Source: Podarcis erhardii (lineage: Eukaryota). From it: DNA of 64,000 nt. The DNA is taken from NCBI GenBank assembly GCA_964252035.1, contig OZ176209.1; one strand, written 5' to 3'. The position numbers were made by a program, and so were the translations under genes. The notes below the pieces were generated by a model, which was not told where the DNA came from, did no database searches, and saw only the letters and a list, made by a program, of their open reading frames with translations. Positions 1 to 13,700 of the stretch are shown here, piece after piece (the first letter of the stretch is position 1; each line of letters begins with the position of its first letter).

Positions 1-532
1 TTACCAGCCAAAAGCGCTCTAAGTTCTGAAAGCTGAGGCCATCTCAAAAGGTTACTTACTTTTATTTATTTATTAAATTTCTATACCGCCTGTCATCCCA
101 GGGTCACAGTCTATTGGTGATTTGAACCAACAAATATGTAAATTGATGCCAGGATTGATAGGCCAGTTGTTCCACACAGTGATGGGGAAAAACCCCTCAA
201 ACTCATATTATCCAAGTTCAACATTGTGGTGGTGTGTTCACTTTAAGCATACTTTGGTGAATTCACTTGGCACAGCTCTGTAGTGTCAATGCATAGATGA
301 GACAATGGTGTTGTGAGATGTAGGTTTGGATTTGTTAGTCACTGGGGAATATTCTGGGTCATGCTGGACCTATTTAAGGGGGACAGGCTCCTCTTGAAAC
401 CATTGGCGCTTAAAATCAAAATAGTGGAAAAGCATCTTTTAAACAGATTGCAGGGTGTCTGTGTGCGAGGGAGACACAACAGAAGCTGAAGAGTGTCCAG
501 TTTGGAACAAATCTCCCCCGGACTGAAAATAA

Positions 533-840
533 AATAATAATAATAATAATAATAATTCATTATTTATACCCCGCCCATCTGGCTGGGTTTCCCCAGCCAC
601 TCAGGGCGGCTCCCAACAGAATATTAAAAACAAATAAAACATCAAACATTAAAAACTTCCCTAAACAGGGCTGCCTTCAGATGTCTCCTAAAAGTCAGTT
701 AGTTGTTTATTTCCTTGACGTCTGATGGGAGGGCGTTCCACAGGGCAGGTGCCACTACCGTGAAGGCCCTCTGCCTGGTTCCCTGTAGAAACTCACTTCT
801 CGCAGTGAGGGAACTGCCAGAAGGCCCTCGGAGCTGGACT
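533..840 (-). mobile_element. L2-type LINE 3' end with (TTA)n tail
   Basis: (AAT)8 at 533-556 followed by tttataccccgcccatctggctggg...gggcggct and gggagggcgttccacagggcaggtgccactac, the reverse complement of a typical squamate L2 3' end. Confidence 0.75.
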
Positions 841-899
841 TGATAAAATTGATGAAAATTTTAATGGGGGATGCATAGAACAAAGTATTGTGAATGCAA

Positions 900-2856
900 G
901 TCCACGGGATAACAATTCGGAGAGGCCAAAGCACTACAGGTCAAACACAAGTGCCAGAGACACTTGGAAAGAGAGACTGCATACAAATGTTTCTATGCCA
1001 ATGCTAGAAGCCTCTGAGGCAAGATGGGTGAACTGGAGTTCTTGGTCTTAGAGGAGGGCATTGATATGGTAGGTAGACCATTGAGACATGGATATCTCCG
1101 GATATAAACTATAGGAAGGGCATACAAGGGTTGTGTCCACAAAGAGGTAGATTCTTCCATAGGGCTGTTTTGGGTGGTGATACCAAGAGTAATTTGGCAC
1201 AGGTGACAGGCCATCATCCCCCAATCAAAACTATCAGGGAGAGACCTTCAGATGAAGAATGAGATCATGGAAGAATCCAAAAAGAGGAAATGCAGCAAGG
1301 CTGACTTCAACCACCCTCACACAGATGGGCTAAATATGTGTTCGACACAATAAAGAGGCAAAATTTCTAGATACCCTAAGTGACTGTGCTCTGCAACAAT
1401 TGGTCACAGAACTGACTAGAGGTGTGGAGACCCTGGACTTGAGTGTGAGGTGTAAGTTTTGTCAAGTCCGGGAACAGTGACCATAGTGGGATTAAATAAA
1501 ATTGCCAAATAAATAAATAAACCCAACACATGCAAATTCAAAAGAAGAGAATTATCTTAAATGAGATTGGTGAAAAGCAAGTAGGAATGAAAAGTCAAGA
1601 AGGTCAGATTATTCCAAATTGATTGGAAGTTGTTTCGAAGCACAATATTAGAAACTGAGCTGGAGTGTATACCATAGTTCAGGAGAGGTACCACGAGGGC
1701 CAAGAGATGTGGTTAACAATCAGAGTAAAAGAAGCTATTAGAGACAAGAAGATTTCCATCAAAAAACTGTAGTCCTGCCCAAATGAGGAGAACAAAAAGG
1801 AAGCCAAAATATTTTTTTTGGGGGGGGGAGCAAGCAGAAAGCAAGGAATGCTAAACAAGAATTTGAGCAACACATTACAAAAAACATTAAGACAAACAAC
1901 AAGTTCTTTAAATATATAAGTCATAGAAGACTGTCTGTGGAGCCAATTAGACCTTTGGATGACAAGAGACTCAAAGATGTGTTAAAGGATGATAAAGAGA
2001 TTGCTGAGAAGCTGAATGAATTGTTTACATTTGTCTTCACAATGGAAGATACAGGGCAGAACCAAATGCCTGAAACTAACTTTGAAGGGTGTCTGAAGAA
2101 CTGAGACAAATAGTGGTTAGGACAGATGAGATTCTAGGATTAGTAGACAAAATAAAAACTAACAAATTGCCTGGTACAGATGGCATCCACCTGATAATTC
2201 TCAAAGAATCCAGATGTGAAATATATCCTGGATTGCCCGCCATACCTCAGGACTGGAAAGTGGCCTATGTATCATTAATTTATTAATAGGATTGTGGGAG
2301 GATTCCTGGAAATTACAGGCCAGTAAGCTTAAATGTCTGTCCTGAGGAAACTAGTGGAAAGTATCGTTAAAGATAAAATAAGCAAATATAGCAACACAAG
2401 CCTGGCTGAAACTATGCAAGGACAAGTTAGTCTCACGAACATATTAGAGTTCTTTGAGAGTATAAACAATCACACAAATAGACATGATCTGGTTGACAAG
2501 GGTGTATTTGACTTTCAAAAAGCTTGCAACATGGTATTTCACCAAAGACTTCTGAGTAAGATTAGCAGTCACGAAATAAGAGGAGAGGACCTCCTGTGAG
2601 CTTGTGATCGTAGGAGATAACTCAATGAGAATATCAGCCCAGTATGTAGCTGATGTAAAGAAGGCAAATTTCATGCTATGGATCATGAGGAAAGGAATTA
2701 AAAATAAAAGACTGATACAACGCTGTTCCACAAATCTGTGGAAGGTGAAAGTGCTATTGTGCTCAAGTCCTGTTTGCAGGCTTCCCATAAGCATCTTTGA
2801 GAACAGCATGCTGGACCAGATGGGTCATTGGCCTGATCCAGTAGGCTCTTATGTTC
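900..2856 (+). mobile_element. Degenerate CR1 LINE ORF2 (endonuclease to RT) with internal deletions and 3' end
   Basis: From 982 YKCFYANARSL*GKMGELEFLVLEEGIDMVG (APE start); ORF 2089 KLPGTDGIHLIILKE..PQDWKVAYV; ORF 2333 FDFQKACNMVFHQRLLSKISSHEIRG; 3' end ctggaccagatgggtcattggcctgatccagtaggctcttatgttc. Left boundary approximate. Confidence 0.88.
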
Positions 2857-3423
2857 CTAATTACTCCCTCCAAACTAAGGTACACATGATAACAATCCGC
2901 AACTGGCAACTGCATTGTTGATTCTTGTTTTTGCTTGTTTAATAAAAAGCAATGATAGGAGGAGGCTATGGATAAGCATTATGGGTAGTGTCAAAGTTAA
3001 ATCCCCATTCCTGTTGCATTGAACTGAATGCAGATCCCCCTGTAGCTGTTATTTGCTCACCAAAAAGCAATGACACAACTGCAAGTTGCATGATTCTAGC
3101 CACATCTAGTTTGGCCCTAAAGTGTCAATTTTAATGGTTTTTGGTATTAGTTTGAGGTTTGGCTATTGTAGTTCTGGCAACATACCTAATACAGCTTTAT
3201 TCTTTAAAAAGTGAACAAGGCTGACTTTAGTACAACACATACTTGGACCAAGAAACAGATATTTTGCAGCAGCCCGGAAAACCAAAGTTCATAAAATTCC
3301 AGTGCTGTACACACCAATAATGATACCCTTTGAAGAACTATTATTCCAATCCTTTGCATGACAAAGCTCAAAGGGATAATTTAGATTGAAGATAGGTTCC
3401 CACACACACATTCAAATACATTG

Positions 3424-4128
3424 AATTTCAATAGGGACAAATGTGAGGCTCTACACTTAAGCAGGAAGAATCAGCTGCACAAATATTAGATGGGGGGGCA
3501 CCTGGATTGCCAGTAGTACATGTGAAAAGGAACTTAGTAGACCGCAAGCTTAACATGAGTTAACAGTGTGATGCAGCAGCAAAAAAGCAAATGCTATTCT
3601 AGGCTACATCTATATAAATATAGAGTCCAGATAAAAGGAAGTCATAGTACTGCTCTATTCCGCCATGGTCAGACCACACCTGATGTAGTGTGTCCAGTTC
3701 TGGGCACCACAATTTAGGATATTGACAAGCTGAAACATGTGCAGAGGAGGGCAACCAAGATTATCAAGGGTCTGGAAACCAAGCCTTATGAGGAACAGTT
3801 GAAGGAGTTGGATATGTTCTACTCTAGGGGAGACTGAGAGGAGCTATGATAGCCATCTTCAAATATCTAAACGGCTGTCACATGGAGGATGGAGCAAGCT
3901 TATTTTCTCCTGTTCTGGAGGCTAGGACCCGAAACAATAGCTTCAAGTTACAAGAAAGGAGATTTCGACTAATGTTAGAAATAACTGTTAAGAGCTGTTC
4001 AACAGACACTCACAAAAGGTGGGGGACTCTCCTTCTTGGGAGCCATCTGTCAGGGATGCTGTAGTTAAGGTTCCTGCAATGCTGGGGGTTGGACTAGATG
4101 GAGTCCCTTCCAACTCTACAATTCTATG
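3424..4128 (+). mobile_element. CR1 LINE 3' fragment
   Basis: ORF 3846 IFKYLNGCHMEDGASLFS..ARTRNNSFKLQERRFRL; ends ggggttggactagatg..cccttccaactctacaattctatg. Confidence 0.88.
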
Positions 4129-4334
4129 GTCAATTATTTTATAGTCCTGGGACATCTATTTAAAGGGTGCAATCATATACACACTTAACTGGGAGCAAGT
4201 CTCCATGGGGCTTGCATCTGAGTAGATATGTATAGGATTATGCTGTTAATTTTTGTTTCTCATGAAGGCCAGGTACCCAGATGGCTAGGAGACCACCCTT
4301 CTGTAAGAAAACCCTCCACCATTATACAGCCAAC

Positions 4335-4380
4335 AAGATAAAATAGGAAGTGGCAAAAAGATAAAATAGGAAGTGGCAAA
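4335..4380. repeat. Perfect 23-bp tandem duplication
   Basis: aagataaaataggaagtggcaaa occurs twice head-to-tail (4335-4357, 4358-4380). Confidence 0.9.
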
Positions 4381-6499
4381 GAGGCTTGGCTAGAATATCT
4401 TTCTTACTCAGCTCTCATCTTTCTGTATAGGTTTGGGGCTCAATCCAGCCAAAGGTCTTTGATTTCCCACTGAAATACATAGATTTAAATGAAAAGTAGA
4501 GTGTTTTTTAAAAACAGGAATACTTAGAGCAGAATAAAAGCAACCAGCAAACCATATCCTGTGCACGCTGATTTGAGCCATCCTGCTTATATTAGCTCAC
4601 AATCAATGGAAAGGTCAGAAGCTTGTGATATTCAACTTTTGTGATGAAGTTAGAAATCAATGCTCAGAAACCAATTGCACTGATGGGGAGACCTCCATGT
4701 ACAAGAATAACACGGACTTAGATGCAGTCTTTCAGTAATTTAAAACTGGTTACTGTAGATCTAATAGGAAAGCAAGCTCAGTATTCAAGAATACTTGAAT
4801 GCTTTTCTACATATTCACAGATTCCCCTTTTTTCCAAGCAAGAAATTACAAAATGCACCATTGCATCAACACTTTGCTAGGATGTGATCTAAAAAGCCTT
4901 GGAACCCCCCCCTTTCATTAATTCTATGACATAACTGCTATATATAATACATATACACCATGGGTGTTCACTGGCCAGATTTTCTAACTTTACGTAATAT
5001 AAAATACAAGACAGGAATAGGGAACCTGTGGTCCCCCAGTTGTTCTTGGACTACAACTCCGACCACCCCTGACTATTGTCCATGCTGGCTGGTTCAAAGC
5101 TTCCATAGAGTTGGAATCCAACAACTGGGGGGCCACCGGTTATCCACCCCCAAGCTTGCCCCAAAAGATTTGCCTTCAACAACAAACCTCCCTTAGTCCA
5201 TGCTGTCCTCATTTTCCCTACCTTCTAGCAATAGCCATTACTTTCTCTGCTTATTCCCCCCTTTCTCTTGCGCTGGCAGTCTTTTCCTTTGATCTTTCAT
5301 GTAGTCACACTACTCCCTTTGCCTTGGCTCTGATTCCTTTTCCTGGGCTTTTACTCTACAAAGGCTGCAGGAAACAATGAGGATGTCATAAGGTCAAATA
5401 TACATTACTGCCATACATTTGTCTTGGAGCAGTATCTGAACATCCAGCAAGCTACATGTGGCTCACAAGGCCTTTTGGCTTCACTTGATGAACAAAGAGA
5501 GCTCCAGATAATGCTTTGCTATAGAAAAGAGAAACTCCTTAACATTGGAATAGAGTACTATCAAGGGCTTGTTAATGTTATTTTAAATTATAGCTTGCAT
5601 GAGTCTTCCTATAGTTGCCAGTCAGTGAAGACAATGGCAGTACGTATCAAGGGCTATACATATTTCTATTTACTTTTTTTACTTCCTATGTTTCTAAATT
5701 GCAAACTGTCTCTGGAACAAAATTAAAACAATCAAGGTACACAATTATTGACCGGTTTTGAAGAACAAAGCTCCATAGAAGCAATTGTATATATCTGATC
5801 ACCCCACACCCACCTAATACTGCCAGTTCTGCAGTTAGCAATGCTGTTGTGTTACTGACTGGCTTGTAGCCAAGCTACCACTTATGACTCTTGTATAAGG
5901 TGAAAACTGGCAGTTGCTGTTATTGTGATATTATCTAAGCTGCGCCACCCTCCAAAATGAACGACGAGATAAAATATTTCTTTCCTTTGGTTATTGTAAT
6001 GATTCAAGTCCTGTGTTGAAGGACAGAGAACAGAGAGAAAATAAGCAACTAAATATTGTGGGAAGTAGAAAAGACTATTGACTTGGTAGGTTATAGTCAA
6101 GATTTTCTATACTAGATAGATAATATGGGTGAATATTCATTCCAAAGATTGATGAATGGGTTGTACAAATTGTGAAGAGAAACTATTTCGTTTTTGCAAG
6201 CTCATTATTTAACAGGTATTTGAAGAAAAAATGTGCACTGCCACAATATTCAGTGGGGCTTATTCTGTGGTAACTATGTTTAGGATCTAGCTTTTGAAAA
6301 GCTCTAGAAGATACCTCACATGAAAAGTAGAACAGATACAAGAGACTACTTTTAAACATAGGCTACCACAATATTAAAAATTGCTGCAAATGCCATCTTG
6401 TTTAATTTTTATGGGATGCTTGTGTGAATAAATAACACTTATGCTGAAAAGACATGGGGGGGTGACTGGATCATTACAGCTGGATCATTATTTAGGAAG

Positions 6500-7449
6500 A
6501 TCTTCTTGTTTCTCTACAGATTCTGTTTTATTTTTCTCTGCTGGTTTGATATTTTTCATGATATCAAGCATCGGTAGCTGTGTAATTAATTACCATACTT
6601 TCTGCATTACACCTAATGAGTATTTTTTGCACACTAAAATCCACACATAAGGGTGATTTATGGATTTTGTCCAAGAACATATGTGAAACTCATTTCATAA
6701 ACCATTTAAACGTATGGTGATCAGAGGGCTAAATTTGTTGTTAGCTGTTCAACAGTGAATAAATTTTGGAATTATAACATATTGTGAGAATAAAATCTCT
6801 CTAACCGTGTCTGTATCATTGATTTATAATAGGGGAGCATTTAATTTGTATAATCATTTGCAACTCAAAAAGAGGGTCAATGTCCAAATCGTAACTGAGA
6901 CAATCTAAGTGCTGACATAACTGACCTACACCATGGAAAGGTGACAGTTAGTCACAGGCTGATCATATAGATCGTTTACGTTCTTCTTTCCACCTTATGT
7001 TGCTGTTGTGACACTGATTGTCATAGTCTTTGTGCTTTTGCATAATGCCCATCTTGGATGTAACAGAAATTCACACACAAATATGGACACCTTAAGTAAG
7101 CATGCTAGAATACAGGCAGGAACCATACAACCATGCACAAATATTCTGAGGGTTTCCCCCCAAAAAACTGACATTAACATTTACATGCACCACTTAATAT
7201 CACATTTGGCCATGGTACAGTGGGGACTTGGTTTTGTAAGCATTCATGACCTTTTCTCTCTGTCTTAGTTCTTTTCTTCCCTTGCCTTTTAGTTTTGAGG
7301 AGATTGGTGCAAAAATATAATATATCTATATATTCTTTCCATTTTAACCAGTCTTCATTGTGCTTCCAGTCAAAAGTTCTTGGAATGTCACACTGTGCTT
7401 CTCCTCCTGGCTGCACAATTTGGTGCTAAGTTTTGGTCAGAAACACTGA
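6500..7449 (-). other. TRHDE: TRHDE 3' UTR, proximal part (distal end not determined)
   Basis: Follows the stop codon; AT-rich; one candidate AATAAA on the minus strand at 6532-6527. The true poly(A) site cannot be fixed without transcripts. Confidence 0.45.
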
Positions 7450-7593
7450 TTAGTGTGCCAGTGATTTTCTCAGCCACTGAAATAATTCTTCTTTATAAAG
7501 CATTTGCCACCGGACATTGGCTTCCACTGTTTCCACAGCTCGTGAGAAAGAGGCAGCAGATCCCTCCTCGTAGGCCTTTATAAAGTTCTTTAG
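7450..7593 (-). CDS. TRHDE: TRHDE last coding exon (probable exon 19): LKNFIKAYEEGSAASFSRAVETVEANVRWQMLYKEELFQWLRKSLAH-stop
   Basis: 144 nt including TAA at 7452-7450; acceptor gcatttcag|CTA; motif RAVETVEANVRW. Confidence 0.96.
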   Translation of the reverse strand, partial: LKNFIKAYEEGSAASFSRAVETVEANVRWQMLYKEELFQWLRKSLAH

Positions 7594-8555
7594 CTGAAAT
7601 GCAATTTTCCCAGGTTAATTTGGACTTGAAAAGATGTGCATATTTTCTTTTCTTCCAAAGCATATGAACAAGTTGGATATTGACGACAAAGCTCTACATT
7701 TGAAACAAGTTCTTGTAATATTTTACAGGGAGATTTATTACAAAATGCAATAAGGCAACAGACTGCATCAATTAGGTGTGATGCAATTGCTTCAAATTGT
7801 GCTGGAAGATATTGACGCGCCAATGCCTGATTATATTAACATCACTTCCTCCGTCTCTCCTGTAGCCCAGCTGCTTTATGTTGCAGACAGCTGGGCTCTT
7901 ATCAAGTTTTACTCCTACATAAGAAACTACATACAGAAAATTGGAAACACTCCTAATGTAACTTAGAAGCTAAAATTAACTTAAAACTAAAACACTCAGG
8001 CTCTTCTCTGAAGAGCCCCAGTTTATCAACCATTATAAAAGATGTGCTCAATTAGGCTAGTAAAACATCCTTAATTCTTTATTGTAAATGGCTGGGTGTT
8101 TATGCATCAATTTGAGGGGCTGCTTGACACTATTATGAGCACCATTTTTTAGAGGTTATAATCCCGTGCAAATTTACTCTAAGCAAACATAGGAGGTATG
8201 CCTGAACTAATGCCAAGAGGCCCCACACCTCCTATTCATGTAGGCTTTTGTTGTTAGGTAGTCCTTGGGAAAAGGTTCCCACTGAACTCAGTAGATTTAC
8301 TTTTGAGTAGAAACACAAATGATTTGGGGGGAAGGTGTTCTGACAAGGCTGCCTTTCCCTTAAATGAAACTCTAGTGCAGCCATTCTGCACACACCATTA
8401 TAAGGCGCTGAGGAAGCAGAGATAGGTATCATTACATGGCAAAACACTATGGCTACTGTATGTAGCCCGGCTACTTTTAGATATGTAACACTTAAGACAT
8501 CAAAATGAACATGAATATAAAATAACTTCAAGGCACCGAACTGCATAATATTTAC

Positions 8556-8637
8556 CTCGTTTAGTTCACTCTCTGTGTTAAGAAATTCTGTGACTCCACT
8601 GATAAGTTTTGAATTCATAAATAATGCTTCCCCATAT
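8556..8637 (-). CDS. TRHDE: TRHDE coding exon (probable exon 18): (R)YGEALFMNSKLISGVTEFLNTESELNE
   Basis: 82 nt overlapping ORF 8232..8618; acceptor ctgttgaag|A, donor GAG|gtaaat. Confidence 0.97.
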
Positions 8638-10167
8638 CTTCAACAGCAGGTCAAAAATGCAAATATGAAATAGATTGAACAACAATGCCTTGATTATTTA
8701 CATGTTAAAATATATCTATTACATTTAAGTTTTATTATGACAGTTACAGTTTTACCTGATGTTTCTGGTCCATATATACAGTCTAATCCATAAAAGCAGA
8801 GAATAGCCAGGCTGGGTCATATCCTTAAGGCTAAAACCTAACATTTACATCAGCATAATGTTCCCCCCCCCTTATCACTAAACTTATTAAATGCTTTCTG
8901 TTGAGCATATGAATCCACCAAATCTGAATTCATCATACCAGAATATATCTACTAAACTCCATTCAAAGCAATTTGGCTCACTGATGCAATATGAAATAAA
9001 TAATTTTCTCTATGCAGCATAGCCAGCCGATCACACTGGGTCAAGAACCTGCTTATTAATGGCAGAACTAAAAATAGGAAGTTAGGGGAAGACCAGCTGA
9101 TATTCAGACTACAGACTCTCTGGCTGGTTTGTAACTTCTTTGCATAATACATGCTGGTATTAACAGTCTAAAGGCGAGGGAACTCACCAACATTTATATG
9201 ACCATTTAGGTATGGCCTTTCCCACCATAAACTAACACTTATTGGATCTGACTGGCTATATCCACTCTTTTGCTTAAAAATGGAAGACACAACTGTTCTA
9301 AGTTTAATTGTTTAAGTTACATGGCAATTACATAGCAGTGACTCTGTATTCTAAGTGGAAAAGACTCCTTCATTCCCATTTTCAAGTGAATAATGCCATG
9401 ATACTTTTTTCCTATGCAATACTGATGCTCTTTTGTTGTATCATAGGTATTCTGGGCATTTCCCTGCTCTTGTGATGGTACAGTAGCCTCCTCTCCAAGG
9501 GCATAATAAGTCCTGTCCCCCTGCCTCTGGCATATGCACAGGGAACAAGCCAGGCTGTCATGGGAAATGGGTGATCTGAACATAGCTCCCATATCATCAT
9601 CTAACATGATCCACCCCACTTACTCATGATGTGATGGCTTGTCAGTGGGTCACTAAGGATATCATTCGCGTAACTGTGTTACAAAGGATCATGCCCTTTG
9701 TCACAGCTTGCCGTTTCTCTTTCACATTATCAGTTGCCTCAAGGATTCTAGTTCTAAATTCACTTTTAATTTATGTTGTTCTCCCCCCCCCCCATGTTTG
9801 TCCTATACATTGCTTGAATGTTAAGAAGTATTTTCCAGCCCACCCTTACCAAAAATCAATCAATATCAGGTCCCCTGGGTATTATGCTAACATATAACAT
9901 ACTTCTTGCAAAACACTGGATACCAAGAGCTGTATCAGCAAAGAAAGAACAGATATTAGATTGGGATATTACCACAATAGTGAAGTTGACAGCTCATAAC
10001 TTTTTAAAAAGTAAAATAAAGCTGGATGGTATCAAAAACAATAACTCAGTTCAGATGACTCTCCAAAACCATGACTTGAGAAATTATGAATAAATTGCTG
10101 TGAGCATTGGACTTGGCACATTTTCTTTTCTCTTTCCCCTCCTTTGCAGGTAAAGAAAAGCAATTAG

Positions 10168-10281
10168 GGGTTGTATCCAACTGAGTTGTACTTAGTGTAG
10201 ACACTGTAATCAATAGACTTAGATTAGTGGTGGCAATTAATTTCAGTATGTTTATTCCTACACTTGAGTTGGATACAACTC
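10168..10281. mobile_element. Short palindromic non-autonomous element (MITE-like)
   Basis: Terminal inverted repeats gttgtatccaact (10170-10182) / agttggatacaac (10267-10279). Confidence 0.55.
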
Positions 10282-10308
10282 TTATAGAGTTGGATACAAC
10301 AATTTATA

Positions 10309-10386
10309 GAGTTGTATTGAACTAAGTACTCAGTACTCAGAATTTGATACAACTCTGAGTGCTGAGTACTTAGTTCAATACAACTC
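10309..10386. repeat. 33-bp inverted repeat with 12-nt loop
   Basis: Arms 10309-10341 and 10354-10386 are reverse complements with a single mismatch. Confidence 0.9.
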
Positions 10387-11104
10387 AAAGTTCCTGCTTC
10401 TTCTTTGCTGTTGTTTTGCTATTTATCTGGATACAGTAAACTTAATGTAGCCAGCAGGTCCCTGGTAATAAACTTCATGAAATGAATGAATAAATTGTAG
10501 TAAATGAAAAATCTGAAAACTGAAAAGAAGACATTTCATAAAATTTATGGGCTAGATCCAGACCTAAGTTAATGGAACTCGGTTCCCACGGATGTCACTA
10601 TGCAGTCATTATAATTTCTTCCCATTGAAAGCAAAGGAAAAAAGTTCAACTAATTTAGGCTGCAATCCTAATTAATGCCTGGGAGCAGCAGGGCTAAATA
10701 AAGTGGTGGAACTTTATTGCAAATGTGGGGGGTGGGGTGCTGTAAAACTGCCAGTTCACTAAGCCAGCTTTTGCTAGCACATTAAAGAGCCTTTAATCAG
10801 GTCCATGACCAGTAGCTAGGCTGGTTTAGGATTTAGTGGTTCCTTGGTTGGCCCAGATATGTTCCCAAAACACCTTGTTTCAGTGGTTTATGCTGGCTAC
10901 TCTGGTTCGGATACCAATGGTAGTAGCTTCCGCATGGCTGTACTTTCAATGGGCAATGGGGATTTCTGTTGCAACACAGCCCCCCTGCTTGCAGAGCTGA
11001 ACATATTTGAGTGGAGGAAACCATCACCACATCCTAACCCTCTCCAGCATGGAGGTTTGAGGGTTAGAATTGTTCTGTTAGTCTGGATCCAACTCTAAAT
11101 CTGG

Positions 11105-11387
11105 ATCCAGAGAAGCGGACACGGAGCAATGGTTCCAAACTACAAGAAAGAAGATTCCACCTTACATTAGGAAGAACTTCCTGACAGTAAGAGCTGTTCG
11201 ACAGTGGAATTTGCTGCCAAGGTGTGTGGTGGAGTCTCCTTCTTTGGAGGTCTTTAAGCAGAGGCTTGACAACCATATGTCAGGAGTGCTCTGATGGTGT
11301 TTCCTGCTTGGCAGGGGGTTGGACTCGATGGCCCTTGTGGTCTCTTCCAACTCTATGATTCTATGATTCTATGATTCTATGATTCTA
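11105..11387 (+). mobile_element. Young 5'-truncated CR1 3' end with (CTATGATT)n tail
   Basis: caagaaagaagattccaccttacattaggaagaacttcctgacagtaagagctgttcgacagtgg... ending in four ctatgatt octamers (11353-11384). Confidence 0.9.
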
Positions 11388-11747
11388 AATAACGTATAAA
11401 CTGTACTGTATTAGTGCTGGTAATGAAAACTGCAGTGTATTTTAACTGTCATTATAAGTAATAAATGACAACTTTGCTAATGCATTGAGATGGGATGGTC
11501 ACAGATTTCTCCCCAGATTCAACTCTCACTACAACCGATGGGAAGACAGGTGTGTTTGTGTGTTAATTTCCCCATGCACAAGAGGTTTAGATCCAAAATG
11601 CTTACTTATGCATGTGTATAATATGTACAATTGTTAAGATAAAATAAATACTAAACTAAATATTTGAAACAATGAAGAAGCAAGTGGCTGTAAGAAAGTT
11701 GCAGCCAGTACTCTCACTTGTTTTGTATTGATAGGCATATATTTTAC

Positions 11748-11888
11748 CTTGCATTCAATATTTTCCATTTTTCTCTAAAAAACTTCCAAGCAAGATCTCT
11801 TCCATGTGGATTTCTAGCTACATGGATTATGACATCAATTGCATCCTGATCCAGGACAACCTCTGAATTGAGAGACAGGTTAAGAAGC
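11748..11888 (-). CDS. TRHDE: TRHDE coding exon (probable exon 17): (R)LLNLSLNSEVVLDQDAIDVIIHVARNPHGRDLAWKFFREKWKILNA(R)
   Basis: 141 nt; acceptor ttattcaag|G, donor AAG|gtaaaa. Confidence 0.97.
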
Positions 11889-12574
11889 CTTGAATAAGAA
11901 GAGAAGGGAGGAGAAATGGTTAGTTGTTGCCAGCATAAATACTAAAATATTGAGCTATTAGACATCCTGGCACTCGCAATGAAGGTTAGAAATTGCTACA
12001 TGATTTTGAAATTCATTGCAGAAGCTTTCCTGGACTTTTGTTTTATATATAAAGTACAGAAAAGAAGCAAGACTTTGTGTGATAGAAAAAGTGTTTTGTT
12101 TCATGATTGGCCTATGACAGATATTTGATAAAACCTGAAACTGAATTGCTTCATTTTAGATTTCATCCTAAATGCTACTCTGAGATTATGCTTACCCAAA
12201 ATTTAAGTGAGATTTGCAATCATTTTCAAGTAAACTTGGAATATATGATTTGGAAGAAATGCTATCCACATAACACAAATATGTCTTGAAAATCTGCAAA
12301 AAGGAGATATCAGTTTTGATTATTAGGAAAAAGCTTTAAATATGTCCTGAGTGTTTCCAGTGCCATGAGCAGATCTGAAATACTATTATTTGTATTGCTC
12401 TGTTTTTTCTTCTATGTTATATGCTATTCTCTTGGAACTAATCAAGTAATAACTAATCTGAAGAAGAAAAACCACTAAAACACACACAAACACTTCCACA
12501 AGAGAGATTTAAAAATACTTAAATTTGTGGAAGAATGAACAAAGTGATACTATGACTAATATTACTATTTTTAA

Positions 12575-13360
12575 TTAATTAATTTTCTATACCACCTTTC
12601 ATCCGAAGATTACAGGGCCGTTTAGAATATAAAAACTCACAAATACATACCAGAACAACAAGTGAAAGCAATACCCCACCCCCAGTTCAAAAGGCCATAG
12701 ATTGTTTAATTAGCCAAAGGCTTGAGAGAAAAAGAATGAGTTTGCTTGGTGCCTAAAGATATGTAACAAAGATGCCAGGGAAAACCATTCCACAAGTAGG
12801 GAGCCACTGCAGAAAAGGTCCATTCTTGTGTTGCTGCCCTCCAGACTTCTCACAGAGGAGGCACATGAAGAAGCACGTCCAATAATGATTGCAGGGTACA
12901 GATTGGTCCATATGGGGAGAGGCAGTCCTTGAGGTAATGTGATCCTGGGCTGCTTAAGGTTTTATAGGTCAAAACCAGCACTTTGAATTGGGCTTGGAAA
13001 CTAATTGGCAGCCAGTGCAGTCAGACCAGGATTGGCACTGTATGTTCAAACTGTATTGCCCCACCCCGGTGAGCAACTTAGCTGGAGAATTCTGCACCAG
13101 CTGAAGTTTCCAAACTTTCTTCAGAGGCAGCCCCATGTATAACGTGTTGCAGTAATCTAACCTACAGGAAACCATAGCATAGATGACAGAAGTTTAGGTT
13201 GTCCCTGTCCCGACAGGGGCGCAACTGGGCCACCAGCTGAAGCTGATATTGCTCTGTGCCTCTCCCAACAGAAATCACCAGGCATCAAAGCAGTTTCTGC
13301 ACCAAAACCTGGCCTAAACCTTGACTGACGTGCATCTAGAAAATTAGTTTCCTCCAAGAG
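12575..13360 (-). mobile_element. L2 LINE 3' fragment (RT C-terminus, internally deleted)
   Basis: ORF 12969..13175 SCRLDYCNTLYMGLPLKKVWKLQLVQNSPAKLLTG and ORF 13157..13357 QSRFRPGFGAETAL are L2 RT motifs; A/T tail near 12570. Confidence 0.85.
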
Positions 13361-13700
13361 TACCTAGATCAGATCTGTGACCACCCACTCTAGAACCTTG
13401 CCAAAGAAGAGGAGACAACTGGCCAGTAATTACTTAGATTTTCCAAATCCAGGGAGTATTTACTGAGAAGTGGTTTTACCACTGCCTCCTCCAAGCAGGC
13501 AGGGGACACCTCCTCTTGCAAGGAAGCATCAATCACCTCCCTGGCCCAGCCAGCTGTCCCCTCCTTGCTAGTTTTTATGAGCCAACCAGGGCAAGAATCC
13601 AGAGTGCAAGTGGTGGCCCTGACCTATCCAAGCACCTTGTCCACATCTTGAGCCTTACTAACGGAAATTCAACCAACATAACAGGCCTGGACAGTGCTCA

